DNA of 64,000 nucleotides from positions 1,024,001-1,088,000 of the forward strand of contig CAWGMQ010000004.1 in assembly GCA_963823665.1 (NCBI GenBank), read 5' to 3'. Below, one piece after another: positions 1-9,602 of the stretch; the first letter of the stretch is position 1; each line of letters starts with the position of its first letter. This stretch comes from an uncultured Planctomycetota bacterium. GTDB lineage: Bacteria > Planctomycetota > Planctomycetia > Isosphaerales > Isosphaeraceae. The notes below the pieces were generated by a model, which saw nothing but the letters and a program-made list of their open reading frames with translations, was not told the DNA's origin and searched no databases. The position numbers were made by a program, and so were the translations under genes.

Positions 1-317
1 AGCATCTGCGCCAGGATCGGATTGGTGCCGCGCCCGAAGGCGATTTCCAGCGAATACGAACCGTCGCGCCCGCATCGCGAGCGCAGTCGCTCGAGGTTTT
101 CGACGCCATTGATCTTCGCTTCGAGGGTGAACGCGACCCGCTCCTCGACCACCGAAGCCGGCATACCGGGAAACCGCGCCTCGACCGTAAAGGCGGGCAG
201 CTCCTGGGCGCCAGCGGCCCGCATGGAATTGATCAGGAGCCCGGCGCCCAGCCAGACGAGAAGCCCGGCGCCCAGGCAAATGACGGCGAGAGCTGCACGA
301 CGCCGCGTGCGGACCAT
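1..317 (-). CDS. RND efflux permease (AcrB family), N-terminal part, runs off the window edge
   Basis: Manual translation MVRTRRRAALAVICLGAGLLVWLG...FTVEARFPGMPASVVEERVAFTLEAKINGVENL...SLEIAFGRGTNP matches the TM1+PN1 pattern of AcrB-type proteins; no stop inside the window. Confidence 0.75.
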   Translation of the reverse strand, partial: MVRTRRRAALAVICLGAGLLVWLGAGLLINSMRAAGAQELPAFTVEARFPGMPASVVEERVAFTLEAKINGVENLERLRSRCGRDGSYSLEIAFGRGTNPILAQM

Positions 318-460
318 GGTCGATGCCTCGGGGTGACTACCCTCTGTGGGCGCAATTCTCTCTTGCGGACTCCATCCACGACAAGGGGCGACTGGCCGCC
401 CGCCGCCGGCCCCGGGTGGTGGGTCGCTCACCCGGGTTTTCGCTCGGTCGGCAGGGGAAG

Positions 461-588
461 CAAGACACCCACCCTTTCGTCGGGAATCAAAGATGAAACC
501 GTGCGGGGAAGAGCGCAGCCGGACACCCATTCTCGCCGTGTGATTCATCCAGGGCTGCCTCAAACTCGCCAGAACGCTGGGTGTCTTG
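461..588. mobile_element. 128-bp MITE-like element, copy 1
   Basis: 11-bp terminal inverted repeat CAAGACACCCA...TGGGTGTCTTG; a similar copy of equal length lies at 2027-2154. Confidence 0.7.
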
Positions 589-593
589 AATGC

Positions 594-851
594 CTCAGCC
601 GGCCCGCTGTGAAATGCCGTGGGCGTGAGTATCTGCGGATCATCTATGGTCCCGACTGCACCTCTGAAGAGGATCTCAGTCGCCTGCGTTCTCGTGGGCT
701 GGGTCGTAAGCGGTCAATCGCCCTGGGTGAGTTTGCGCTCGGAGTGGAGGGGCTGGGACGGTTCTTGCGTGGAGAGCCGCTAAGGAGGGTGCACGAGTGC
801 GTCTTCGGCGTGCTTGCCCTGGAGAGTGAACCGGTGGACTCGCGGCTATGA
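594..851 (+). pseudogene. pnkp: C-terminal remnant of bacterial polynucleotide kinase-phosphatase (Pnkp)
   Basis: PAVKCRGREYLRIIYGP...EFALGVEGL.RF...EPLRRVHECVFGVLALESEPVDSRL is the characteristic Pnkp C-terminus; everything upstream is missing. Confidence 0.8.
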
Positions 852-1251
852 TCTCGTTCGGCGCACTGAACGCGCAGCGGAAAAAACCAGATTTGCTCGC
901 GATTCACTTGCGTGTGAATTTTGGTATGTTAGCCTAAATGGGGCGACTCGGAAGAGTCATCTCGCAATGTCGACCCTTGAGAGCGAATTCACAGCCGGGG
1001 TCCGCGCGCCCTCAACTCCAAAGCTGTAACACTCGTTGCGGAATAGAAAACGTCACCAGGAATCCGGATTTTGCCGGGACGAGCGCTCATGGCATACCCA
1101 ATTGCTGTGGGCTAGCACCGTGGCCGCTGAAGATGGATCGAGCCCGGATCATTGGAGGGTCGTGTAGCAAAGCAAGAAAAGCGGCACCGCCTCTCCCCGG
1201 GAAGATCGATCTCCATCGCCACCAAGAGGTGCTGCCGTGCCACTGCGGAGA

Positions 1252-1686
1252 ATGACGTGGATAGGATGCGGAGTAGTGCCCGTCTTGCTGGCGACGTGTG
1301 CCATTGGAGTGCGCTACTTCCCCAGCCAAGTGGGAACTGGCAACAAGGCCGAAGATCCCGTGGGCGCCTGGAAACTGAGGTGCGTCTCACCGGACGGAAA
1401 GCAACGCGAGTGCGTTGTCACTGTGTACAGGGAAGGATCGGCCCTGAAAGGGGATTACGCCGCAGACGGTGTGACGCGGCCAGCCAAAAACGTGGTTTTC
1501 GACGATGGCGTACTGAGCGTTGACGTCGACGGTAAATTTGCCGGTCAGTCGTACGGGCTCACTTACAAGGGGGTACCACGGGGTGACGCCCTTCAGGGTT
1601 TGGTGCGCTGGTCGTTCGGTTGGGCGTCCGGTTCCTTCGCCTTCGAGGGCGAACGCATCAAGCAAGAGGTCGCCTCAAGCCGATAA
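1252..1686 (+). CDS. hypothetical exported beta-rich protein
   Basis: Hydrophobic N-terminus followed by a PVGAWKL beta-strand-rich domain. Confidence 0.65.
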   Translation: MTWIGCGVVPVLLATCAIGVRYFPSQVGTGNKAEDPVGAWKLRCVSPDGKQRECVVTVYREGSALKGDYAADGVTRPAKNVVFDDGVLSVDVDGKFAGQSYGLTYKGVPRGDALQGLVRWSFGWASGSFAFEGERIKQEVASSR

Positions 1687-2026
1687 CGATCCCCATGGTC
1701 CCCGGCGCCAGTATTACCAGCACTTCGAGAAACGTAAAGACAAGAAACCATGAGAACATGGGATCCATCCGGAGAACGGAGAAGGCCTGAGCCGCACGGG
1801 GAGATTATTGCGACCCGGAATAGACCGGGCGTCTTGACAGCCGTTTCACACGCGTGGGAATTTATACTGTGACTGGTGGCACAGTGCGGACCGGGAACAA
1901 ACCCTGACCGAGCCAATCTGGCGGAGAATTTTTTCCAGCGCGGCCTGAATCGCCGACCGACCAGGTCGAGCGACCCGGAGGCTACGCTGTTGACCTCGCC
2001 ATCCTTGCCTCCAGTCGCGTGGGAAG

Positions 2027-2183
2027 CAAGACACCCACACTTTCGTCGGCAACCAAAGATGAAACCGTACGGGGAGAGGAGCAGCCGGACACCCGGTCTC
2101 TCCGAGTGATCCATCCATGACGGCCTCAAACTCGCCAAATCGCTGGGTGTCTTGAGTCCCCGCCAAATCGCTGGGTGTCTTGA
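2027..2183. mobile_element. 128-bp MITE-like element, copy 2, with duplicated right end
   Basis: Same TIRs at 2027-2037 and 2144-2154; CGCCAAATCGCTGGGTGTCTTGA is repeated at 2133-2155 and 2161-2183. Confidence 0.7.
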
Positions 2184-2385
2184 ATCTCTGGTTCTTTCCG
2201 GAACTTGATTCGTGCGGATCACTCACGATGCACCCTGGCGGACCTCGCCTCAGGCTGCTGAAGATTTCAAGGTCTCACCACTGGCCTCCACGTCAGGGAT
2301 TCGTGAGACTGGCTCTTGGAGACAACGGGCCGTTAGGGCGAGAAGCGTCACGACTACACACCACCTGAGCGCCCTAGAGAACCCG

Positions 2386-3594
2386 ATGCAGCAAGTCGTC
2401 ATCGCCAAGCCGTATCAGTTCGCTCCGCCACATCATGGCACGTTTTGGCCGTGGGTCTTGCAAAAATGGCTGCCGGGTCACACTCGCCGCAAGTGGGGTA
2501 TCGAGGGACTGGAATTTCACGGCCTGGAGCGTCTCCAGGCGTCGCTGAAGGCCGGGCATGGCGTGATCCTGGCTCCGAACCATTGCCGGCCTTGTGACGC
2601 GTTCATTCTCTCGTTGCTCGGGGCCGAGCTGCGCCAGCCCTTTTATATCATGGCGAGCGCTCATTTATTCATGAAAACTCGCATTCAGCGTTGGCTCCTC
2701 TGCCGCGTGGGGGCCTTCAGTGTCTTTCGAGAAGGCCTGGATCGCGAAGCCCTCAAAACCGCGTCACAAATCTTGGTGGATGCTCGCAGGCCGCTGGTGA
2801 TATTTCCTGAGGGCGTGATCACTCGGGGGAACGACCGTCTGGGGTATGTCATGGACGGAGTCGCGTTCATCGCCCGGTCTGCGGCCAAGACCCGGGCCAA
2901 GGCGGAGCCAGCCGGTCAGGTCGTGATCCATCCGATCGCCTTGCGATATACCTTCGGCGGGGACCTACGACAGTCGATCGAACCGATTCTCGACATGATC
3001 GAAAAGCGCCTGGGCTGGAGGCCCCATTTCGGAACCAGCTTGGTCGAGCGGGTGCGCCGGCTCGGCGAAGCCCTTCTGACCGTGAAGGAAGTCGAGTACT
3101 TCGGCGCCGCGCAGATTGGATCGCGGGCCGAGCGGCTGCCTCTGCTGATTGACCAAGTGCTGGGCCCGCTCGAGAAGCAATACCTCTCCGGACAGCGCGA
3201 GGCGACAACCGTGGCGCGGATGAAGAAGCTGCGAGTGGCCATTCTGCCCGCATTGATCGAAGGGAAATGCACCGCCCTGGAACAAGCCACCCGATGGCGA
3301 CATCTGGCGGACTGCACGTTCGCCCAGGCGCTCGAATCTTATCCGCGTGGATATATCGATGGCGAGCCGACCACCGAGCGTCTTCTGGAAACCTTGGAAC
3401 GGTTCGAGGAAGACACCACGGACACGAGCCGGGTCCACCGTCCGATGCATTGCCGCATGGACATTGGCGAAGCCTTGCCCGTTACGACCGAGCGGCCGCG
3501 TGGTGAGGCCGACCCGCTCACTGTCCAACTCGAAGAGCGGTTGAAGACAATGCTGGCTGAGTCGGCCCATCTTTGTCACGCCTGGAAGGATTGA
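2386..3594 (+). CDS. phospholipid/glycerol acyltransferase (PlsC family)
   Basis: NHCRPCD (HxxxxD) and IFPEG motifs; ATG at 2386 chosen as the likely start. Confidence 0.85.
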   Translation: MQQVVIAKPYQFAPPHHGTFWPWVLQKWLPGHTRRKWGIEGLEFHGLERLQASLKAGHGVILAPNHCRPCDAFILSLLGAELRQPFYIMASAHLFMKTRIQRWLLCRVGAFSVFREGLDREALKTASQILVDARRPLVIFPEGVITRGNDRLGYVMDGVAFIARSAAKTRAKAEPAGQVVIHPIALRYTFGGDLRQSIEPILDMIEKRLGWRPHFGTSLVERVRRLGEALLTVKEVEYFGAAQIGSRAERLPLLIDQVLGPLEKQYLSGQREATTVARMKKLRVAILPALIEGKCTALEQATRWRHLADCTFAQALESYPRGYIDGEPTTERLLETLERFEEDTTDTSRVHRPMHCRMDIGEALPVTTERPRGEADPLTVQLEERLKTMLAESAHLCHAWKD

Positions 3595-3731
3595 ATCATG
3601 GCCGACTATTTGAGCGTCAAACCATGTGTTCTGGTCACATCGCGCCTCTGGCGTGATAACTGATCGGTTGGCGCGAAATGCACCTTGGCGGGATCGTGAC
3701 GGATACAAACCCCTTCCACCTCTGATGTACG

Positions 3732-4900
3732 CTAAGCCTCATTGTCTTCGGCGCACCTCTGGCCATCGGAGAATTGGGGGAAGGAAAACTTATAGACTCG
3801 TCCGGTATGGTCTCCCACTACAAGAACTGCATCATCGGATGAGAGGGCCATGCCGCGAAAATCACGGTTTCCATACAACCTGGCCAAGACTGACCCGTCA
3901 CGTAAGTTCCAGACTCGTAACGGGCTAAATTGCGAGGCAAACAAGGCGTTGTCACCCTCCGATGTGACACAAACACCAGTAACCATTGCGCCGGACCACT
4001 TGTGGGTGTGTGAACGTTGACCAGTGCTCAGGTCGACGACTACAAGGGTACGATCCTTTTGTGACCCGGAAATGGCCCTGTCTCCCTGGGGCGTCAGAAC
4101 TAATGGAAGTGCATTCCAATCATACTGTGGTGAAGCCGCCAGGCACTGGCCAGTGGTCAAATCCCAGATACGGAACCCGTCCGACGCCGAGGAGATCGCT
4201 CGATCTCCTGAGGGCACCATCGCTAACCCCCATACCCAGCCGAGTTCCAGCGCAAGCGGCAGCCCCCCGAGCATATGGCAGATGGCCAGGGCGTAGTGTT
4301 GCTCCGGGTGGGCCGGAGCAAGCGTGGGCCGCCGGCTATCGTATCGGAGCAATAGACGCAAGGCAGCGTCCTCGGGGAGGACCGTGACTTCGATTGATGG
4401 AGACCGGCCGAGCTCGCGTTGGCGAGTGGTGAAGAGGATTGGACATGGGAGGTTCAAGATAACGAAGCCGGGGGCAATTTCCCGATTCAACTTCGATGGG
4501 TCGTCCAAATTGTCGAGGATCAGAAGGGCGTCGGGTTTCCGCTTCATCTCCTCGATCGCGACACGGACATCCTTGGCCGGGTTTTCGCTCGATCGTGTCC
4601 GACCCCGTAACCGCACCGAGTCTTGCGAAGCTTAGCTCAAGTTCCTCGGCGGCGTTGACCCAGAAGACCCCACCGGGGTAGTCCTTTCGATACCGATATG
4701 CATATTCGACCGCCAATTGAGTCTTGCCGATGCCCCCCATGCCGGTGAGGCCTATGGGCCGGATGCCCGCGGGCTCTCGCCTCTTGAGAGTGGCGTGGAG
4801 TGATTCGAGCTCGTCGGAGCGGCCGACGAAGTCGAGGTTCCTGAGGAATGGCACGAAGAAAGGTGCCTGGCCCGCCGAGGTGTGACGTCCTGTCCCCGAC
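3732..4900 (-). pseudogene. NB-ARC/STAND NTPase fused to WD40 repeats, frameshifted and apparently internally deleted
   Basis: FVGR, Walker A GMGGIGKT, Walker B LLILDNLD, FTTR and GLPLAL, followed immediately by WD40 repeats; frame change near 4620. Confidence 0.8.
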
Positions 4901-4904
4901 GGGC

Positions 4905-5570
4905 CTATCGAAAACTTTCGAGGGCCCTCCGGACTGCGTCGAGTCCCGGGCCAGTTGCACTCTCCACCCAGCGGATGAGCTCGGCGACGTGTTCGGGGAC
5001 TGTGCCGTGGCGACTCACGTGAGACGCCGACCCTGGAATCGCGGTGACGAGTCGGGCCATGTCGGTGGGGTCGAACTGCTCCAAGGTTCGCACCAGTGAT
5101 GCGCGATCGGAAACGGGTAGCTCCCCGTGGAGGTCGTCGCTGTGCCCGCTGGGTGAATTGCGGGCGGGGGGGAATGCGATGCCTCAGACCCCAGACGCTT
5201 TACAGCCTCTCGAATCCCCTTGCGACGTCCGCGAATGCCTCGTCGCGGTTGGACCAAGTCGTCACCGCCTTACCGTCCTTCGGTAGGGCTTGGAGCTTCC
5301 CGAATGGTGCCTCTTGCCAAGCGTCAACAGGGCGCAGTATCACCGGGATGACGCGCGCCTCGCCCGCGTCGTTACGCTCAATGGCACGCTTCATTTCGAG
5401 GTCGTAGCAGTAGTCCGAGGCCACGAAGTCAGGGCTGACAAGCAGCAGGATCACTTCTGCCGAGTTGAGATGTTGGTCGATCTGCCCCGCCCACTCGGTC
5501 CCCGCCCCGATCATCCTGTCGTGCTACTCACGGATAGCCCCCTGACGCTTCAGTATCGACAGTTGCGCTG
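4905..5570 (-). pseudogene. TIR-domain protein with a small helical C-terminal (effector-associated-like) domain, 5' truncated
   Basis: LSILKRQGAIRE*HDRMIGAGTEW...ILLLVSPDFVASDYCYDLEM...VIPVILRP is TIR; TAG at 5524-5526 sits at the conserved Trp; two frameshifts precede the LIRWVESATGPGL domain. Confidence 0.75.
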
Positions 5571-5622
5571 TTCTGCGCCCAGGAATGCATCGCCAGGTCT
5601 TGGTCCAGAACGAAAAGCGAAA

Positions 5623-6468
5623 CTATCCGAAGTAGCTGCGCAAGCTGGGCACTGGCTCATTGCCGATCAGGTTAGGTCGCCGAGAACCAAGGCGGATAAG
5701 CTCGGCGACTGATCTCCCTACCCCGTCTATGCCGGGAAACAGAGCGTTCGCGGCAATATTCATCGAGCGGAGTCGCCGAAGAAAATCACTCTTGAACATT
5801 TGTGGTATTATTATTTTTTGGTAATTTACAAATTTCGATTTTTTTTGCTTTGAGAAAAGACCTGAGATGACTTCGCCGTGGTCGCTGAGTGGATCGCGAC
5901 AGATGGTAAAGCATCCTTGTTGAGCCACCATGCGATCGGTGTTGAAACCACGTCGAAATGCGAAGATCCGCTGGGCCGCTTTGGGCTTCTGCCAGTATTC
6001 ATCCGGAAGTAGATTCGGCTTCGAGTCTCTTGCGAAACGCTGAGCAGAGAGAGAAGCCAGTCGATCAGCATCGCAAATCCAGACGGCACCGTCCTTTTCC
6101 CAGTGATCTTCCACGGCAAAATAGGCCGCCACGTAGGGCGAATCACTCCAATCAAGAAGGCGGGTTGGAACTCGATAGTGCTGCATCAAACTCCAGAGCT
6201 CGATGTCCGAGAGATCAATAAGGTGAGGCGGAAGATATAAGTGAGCCTGAGTCATAAATTCGTTTATAGCTAAAGCCTCTACTTTCAGCATTTCAGAGGA
6301 AGTGTAACCGCCTTGAAGGCGTGACAGGGAAGGCTTTAATTCCCAGCTTTCATCGGCTTGGCCACGGTAGATATACCAGGGAGATGCGGTTGCCTCGATG
6401 CTTGAAAGCTTGTCGAGTCGGTCACGGAATTCGTCCCAGCTACCAACAGTTATCGAGGGCCAAGGCAT
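5623..6468 (-). CDS. FRG domain protein
   Basis: YRGQ and QHYRVPTRLLDWSDSPYVAAYFA, RMVAQQGCF, LFPGIDG; visibly more AT-rich than its neighbours. Confidence 0.9.
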   Translation of the reverse strand: MPWPSITVGSWDEFRDRLDKLSSIEATASPWYIYRGQADESWELKPSLSRLQGGYTSSEMLKVEALAINEFMTQAHLYLPPHLIDLSDIELWSLMQHYRVPTRLLDWSDSPYVAAYFAVEDHWEKDGAVWICDADRLASLSAQRFARDSKPNLLPDEYWQKPKAAQRIFAFRRGFNTDRMVAQQGCFTICRDPLSDHGEVISGLFSKQKKSKFVNYQKIIIPQMFKSDFLRRLRSMNIAANALFPGIDGVGRSVAELIRLGSRRPNLIGNEPVPSLRSYFG

Positions 6469-6829
6469 AATTCGGAGACTCGACTTAACTTCGGTAAAGG
6501 TAGAAGGCTTCGGTCATGAGAGACCTAAGGATTCAGCGTATAATACCTCCCTCGAAGCGGCAAGTATCCTGAACTTTGGGCGGCGATGTGTCAAACGCGT
6601 GATTGCGGCTGGTTCGCCTCGTCGTGTCCGCGATGCATCTTCCAGCGGGAACTTGAGACCGGAGGCCCGAGGCGTTAGGTTGATGACAGCGGTTCTGAAT
6701 ACGGCCCCAAGCGACTCCGTCCCAGCGGACCCGGCCCGACGGGGCGCATGCCGTACGCGTACGGCTCATCTCGCCGTGCAGAGTTCGCTGAACTTGGTCG
6801 GCAGCCGGGTCGAAATTCCCGGAACCAAC

Positions 6830-7996
6830 ATGGCCCGCCTGAAGAAGACTCCGAGTTCGCGCGGTCCGATGTGTCCTGTCGCGACGTCGCCGGAATCAGC
6901 CCGACCAATGACGGGGCACGTCGCGGTCGTCGCCGGCGCCACGCGTGGCGCCGGACGCGGTATCGCGCGTGCCTTGGGCGAAGCAGGTGCGATCGTGTAT
7001 TGCACGGGGCGCAGTGTTCGCGGCAATCTCTCCCCGTACGGGCGACCCGAGACGATCGACGAGACCGCAGCGATCATCAAGCAGAAGGGCGGCACAGCCA
7101 TCGCAGTCCGAGTCGATCACACCGTCGAATCCGAGGTCGAGTCCCTTTTCGCGCGGATCGATCGCGAGCACAATCGAGTGGATGTCCTGGTCAACAGCAT
7201 AGCCGGCGAGGAGCCGATGATGGCTCAGTGGAACTCGTTCTGGAAGGCGAACCTGAAAGACGGTGATGCCATCTTGCGGCAAGCCCTCCTCTCGCACATC
7301 ATCACTGCCAAGCACGCCGCGCCCCTCATGATCCGCCGTCGCCGTGGCCTGATCGTCGAGGTGACCGAGAACGACATCCTCATGGCGGGGGGGAACCCTC
7401 TGTCGCAGAGCGTGAAGCTCGCGATCAAGGGGCTCGCCCTCAACATGGCGGCCGAACTGAAGCCGCACGGAGTGGCGGCGATCGCGATCACGCCGGGCTT
7501 CCTGCGCTCGGAGGCAATGCTCGAAGGACTCAGGGTCTCCGAAGCCAATTGGCGTGATGCCGGCCATCAGGACAAGAACTTCCTGGAATCGGAATCGCCG
7601 CTGTTCGTGGGTCGGGCCGTCGCCGCCCTGGCACAGGACGGCCGCGTCCTCGAGCGGACCGGTCAACTCTACGGCTCGTGGGAACTGGGACGCGAGTATG
7701 GTTTCACCGACGCCGACGGCCAGCGCCCGGATTGGGGGTCGATCGAGATCGATTTCTCGGGTCACCCTCCGGCCCTACTCGAGTTGATGAGGACAGGCTC
7801 AGAGATCCAGCTTGCATGGCTGAAAGCGCTCGCGAAACGAACGGAGCGGTTTCTGGGACAGCTACCGCAAGCGCGCCGGCGCCGCGCCGACGTACTCGCC
7901 GATGAACGACCGGCAGGATCGCGACGGCCTGTCCAAGGAGCGGCTGCCCCTGCGGCGGCGACTGGAGCGGGTAGTTCTGAGCACGTCGCGCCGTGA
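6830..7996 (+). CDS. short-chain dehydrogenase/reductase
   Basis: AGATRGAGRGIA Rossmann motif, DVLVNS, ITPGFLRSE; exact start uncertain. Confidence 0.85.
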   Translation: MARLKKTPSSRGPMCPVATSPESARPMTGHVAVVAGATRGAGRGIARALGEAGAIVYCTGRSVRGNLSPYGRPETIDETAAIIKQKGGTAIAVRVDHTVESEVESLFARIDREHNRVDVLVNSIAGEEPMMAQWNSFWKANLKDGDAILRQALLSHIITAKHAAPLMIRRRRGLIVEVTENDILMAGGNPLSQSVKLAIKGLALNMAAELKPHGVAAIAITPGFLRSEAMLEGLRVSEANWRDAGHQDKNFLESESPLFVGRAVAALAQDGRVLERTGQLYGSWELGREYGFTDADGQRPDWGSIEIDFSGHPPALLELMRTGSEIQLAWLKALAKRTERFLGQLPQARRRRADVLADERPAGSRRPVQGAAAPAAATGAGSSEHVAP

Positions 7997-8002
7997 GCTC
8001 TC

Positions 8003-8392
8003 CTACCACAGATAGTCTTCAACAGGTAGTTTGCAACCGAGTTGTTTCGCAAGAAGGAAATAGTGTCTGCTTTTCTCGCGGTCGATCGGCACTCCGTAGT
8101 CCCCGCTACGGTGTAATGCACCCAGGCTGAAGGCCCCCGTATCGTGACCCCAAGATGCGGCAAGCTGCAGCAGTTCCATGCCTTTTCTAACGTCCTGCGA
8201 GACCGCTTCACCACGCAGGTACATCTGGGCCAGATAGGTTGCGGCGGGCGCGTAGTGCTCCTGGACTAGATCCACGAATCCGGTGTACGCTTCGTCAAAC
8301 TTACCGACTGTATATGCGTATGCCGCGTTCTCGAACCGGATTCTTTGTGCCACCTGCTCATCGTCCATATCGATCACCTGGCGAATCGTCAC
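8003..8392 (-). CDS. Sel1-repeat protein
   Basis: ATYLAQMYLRGEAVSQD and AFSLGALHRSGDYGVPID are Sel1-like repeats. Confidence 0.75.
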   Translation of the reverse strand: MTIRQVIDMDDEQVAQRIRFENAAYAYTVGKFDEAYTGFVDLVQEHYAPAATYLAQMYLRGEAVSQDVRKGMELLQLAASWGHDTGAFSLGALHRSGDYGVPIDREKSRHYFLLAKQLGCKLPVEDYLW

Positions 8393-8443
8393 GTTTCGTC
8401 TTTAGTTCAAGATTTACGTAACCTTTGATCTATGGAAGAGGTA

Positions 8444-8644
8444 TTACAGCTCGCATTCGCGTCCGGATGCGCCGCGATACGGCCTGAGAGCCACTTCCAT
8501 CCCCACATAGGTCGCGACTAGCACGATTAAAGGCCCCGTGTCAGACCACGATCTGACGTGCGGAAGGATGAGGAAGGGAAAGGCCAGTACCACGACTCTG
8601 GCCATGAAGCATCGCATCGTGAAACGCAATCGGGGTTGTCCCAT
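8444..8644 (-). CDS. small hypothetical membrane protein
   Basis: 66-aa ORF with two hydrophobic segments, co-oriented with its neighbours. Confidence 0.4.
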   Translation of the reverse strand: MGQPRLRFTMRCFMARVVVLAFPFLILPHVRSWSDTGPLIVLVATYVGMEVALRPYRGASGRECEL

Positions 8645-8700
8645 GGCCGGGGGCTCCAGGGGTCATCGTGAACGCTTCGACTACAGGTCAGGCGATGCGC

Positions 8701-9312
8701 CTATTTCTGCCTCGTTGTGCCGGTCGCGACGAGCGCGACGAGCCTCGGAGCGATCTGTTGGATCGGGAGCGATTCGCAGACAGCGTCGAGCCGGACGGCG
8801 AAGTCAGCCGTTCCATAGAGGATCGACGTGGACCTATCCTGCACGATCGTATATCCGCCCGCGTCGCGAACCTGTCTCATCCCCTCGACGCCGTCCTTGC
8901 CCATCCCCGGTAGGATCACGGCCAGAGCCCCAGACCCCTGGTCCCGCGCCATGGAACGGAACAGTGCGTTCTTGGGCCAGCGATCGCGGATGGAGACCGG
9001 GTCCCAGCGCTCAAGCCGGAGGCGGCCTTGTCGCACTGTGAGCAAGCATGAAACTCCCGACGCCAGGTAGACCGTGCCTGACTCAGGCACTTGCCCATCC
9101 TCGGCCACGATGACCTGGAGTCGACATTTCAGGTCGAGTCGCGCGGCGAACTGACTGAGATAGTAGTCATGAAAGCCTGGGACTACCAAGATGGGCACGG
9201 GGAACTCGTGCGGGAGCGTGCCCAAGATCTCCTTCAGGCCCTCGATGCCGCCCGACGCCGACACGATTCCTATCAGGCGGGGCGTGCCCGGCTCGCGTGA
9301 TGGCTGGTTCAT
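8701..9312 (-). CDS. stand-alone CheB methylesterase-like domain with degenerate motifs
   Basis: SASGGIEGL, LFRSMA, ILPGMGKDGVEG and GGYTIVQD; no receiver domain. Confidence 0.8.
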   Translation of the reverse strand: MNQPSREPGTPRLIGIVSASGGIEGLKEILGTLPHEFPVPILVVPGFHDYYLSQFAARLDLKCRLQVIVAEDGQVPESGTVYLASGVSCLLTVRQGRLRLERWDPVSIRDRWPKNALFRSMARDQGSGALAVILPGMGKDGVEGMRQVRDAGGYTIVQDRSTSILYGTADFAVRLDAVCESLPIQQIAPRLVALVATGTTRQK

Positions 9313-9602
9313 CTCATTCCCCTCGTGCTCCCCTGGGTACTGTAAACCGTCGTTTCTAGTCCAGGCTTTACACTGACAATTCGACGTAAGTCCTTATTCG
9401 AGGTACAAAACTCCATTGATCCGTCGGGCATATTCACCCGTTACATGTCGGGCACTTGTAAGGTGTCCCCTCTGGCGGTTGTCAGACGTTCATTGTTTGG
9501 GCGATCGCCATCCCCGAGGGCCCCAAAATGGCGATTGAAACAAACCCGGGGCAATCGAGGAGAATGGCTTCGGCCGATCCGATCGAAGCGCGGTTCGTCT
9601 GT

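Noticed and set aside
6398..6829. 144-aa N-terminal extension of the SDR
   Set aside because: It overlaps the FRG start and divergent promoter region and has non-protein-like composition
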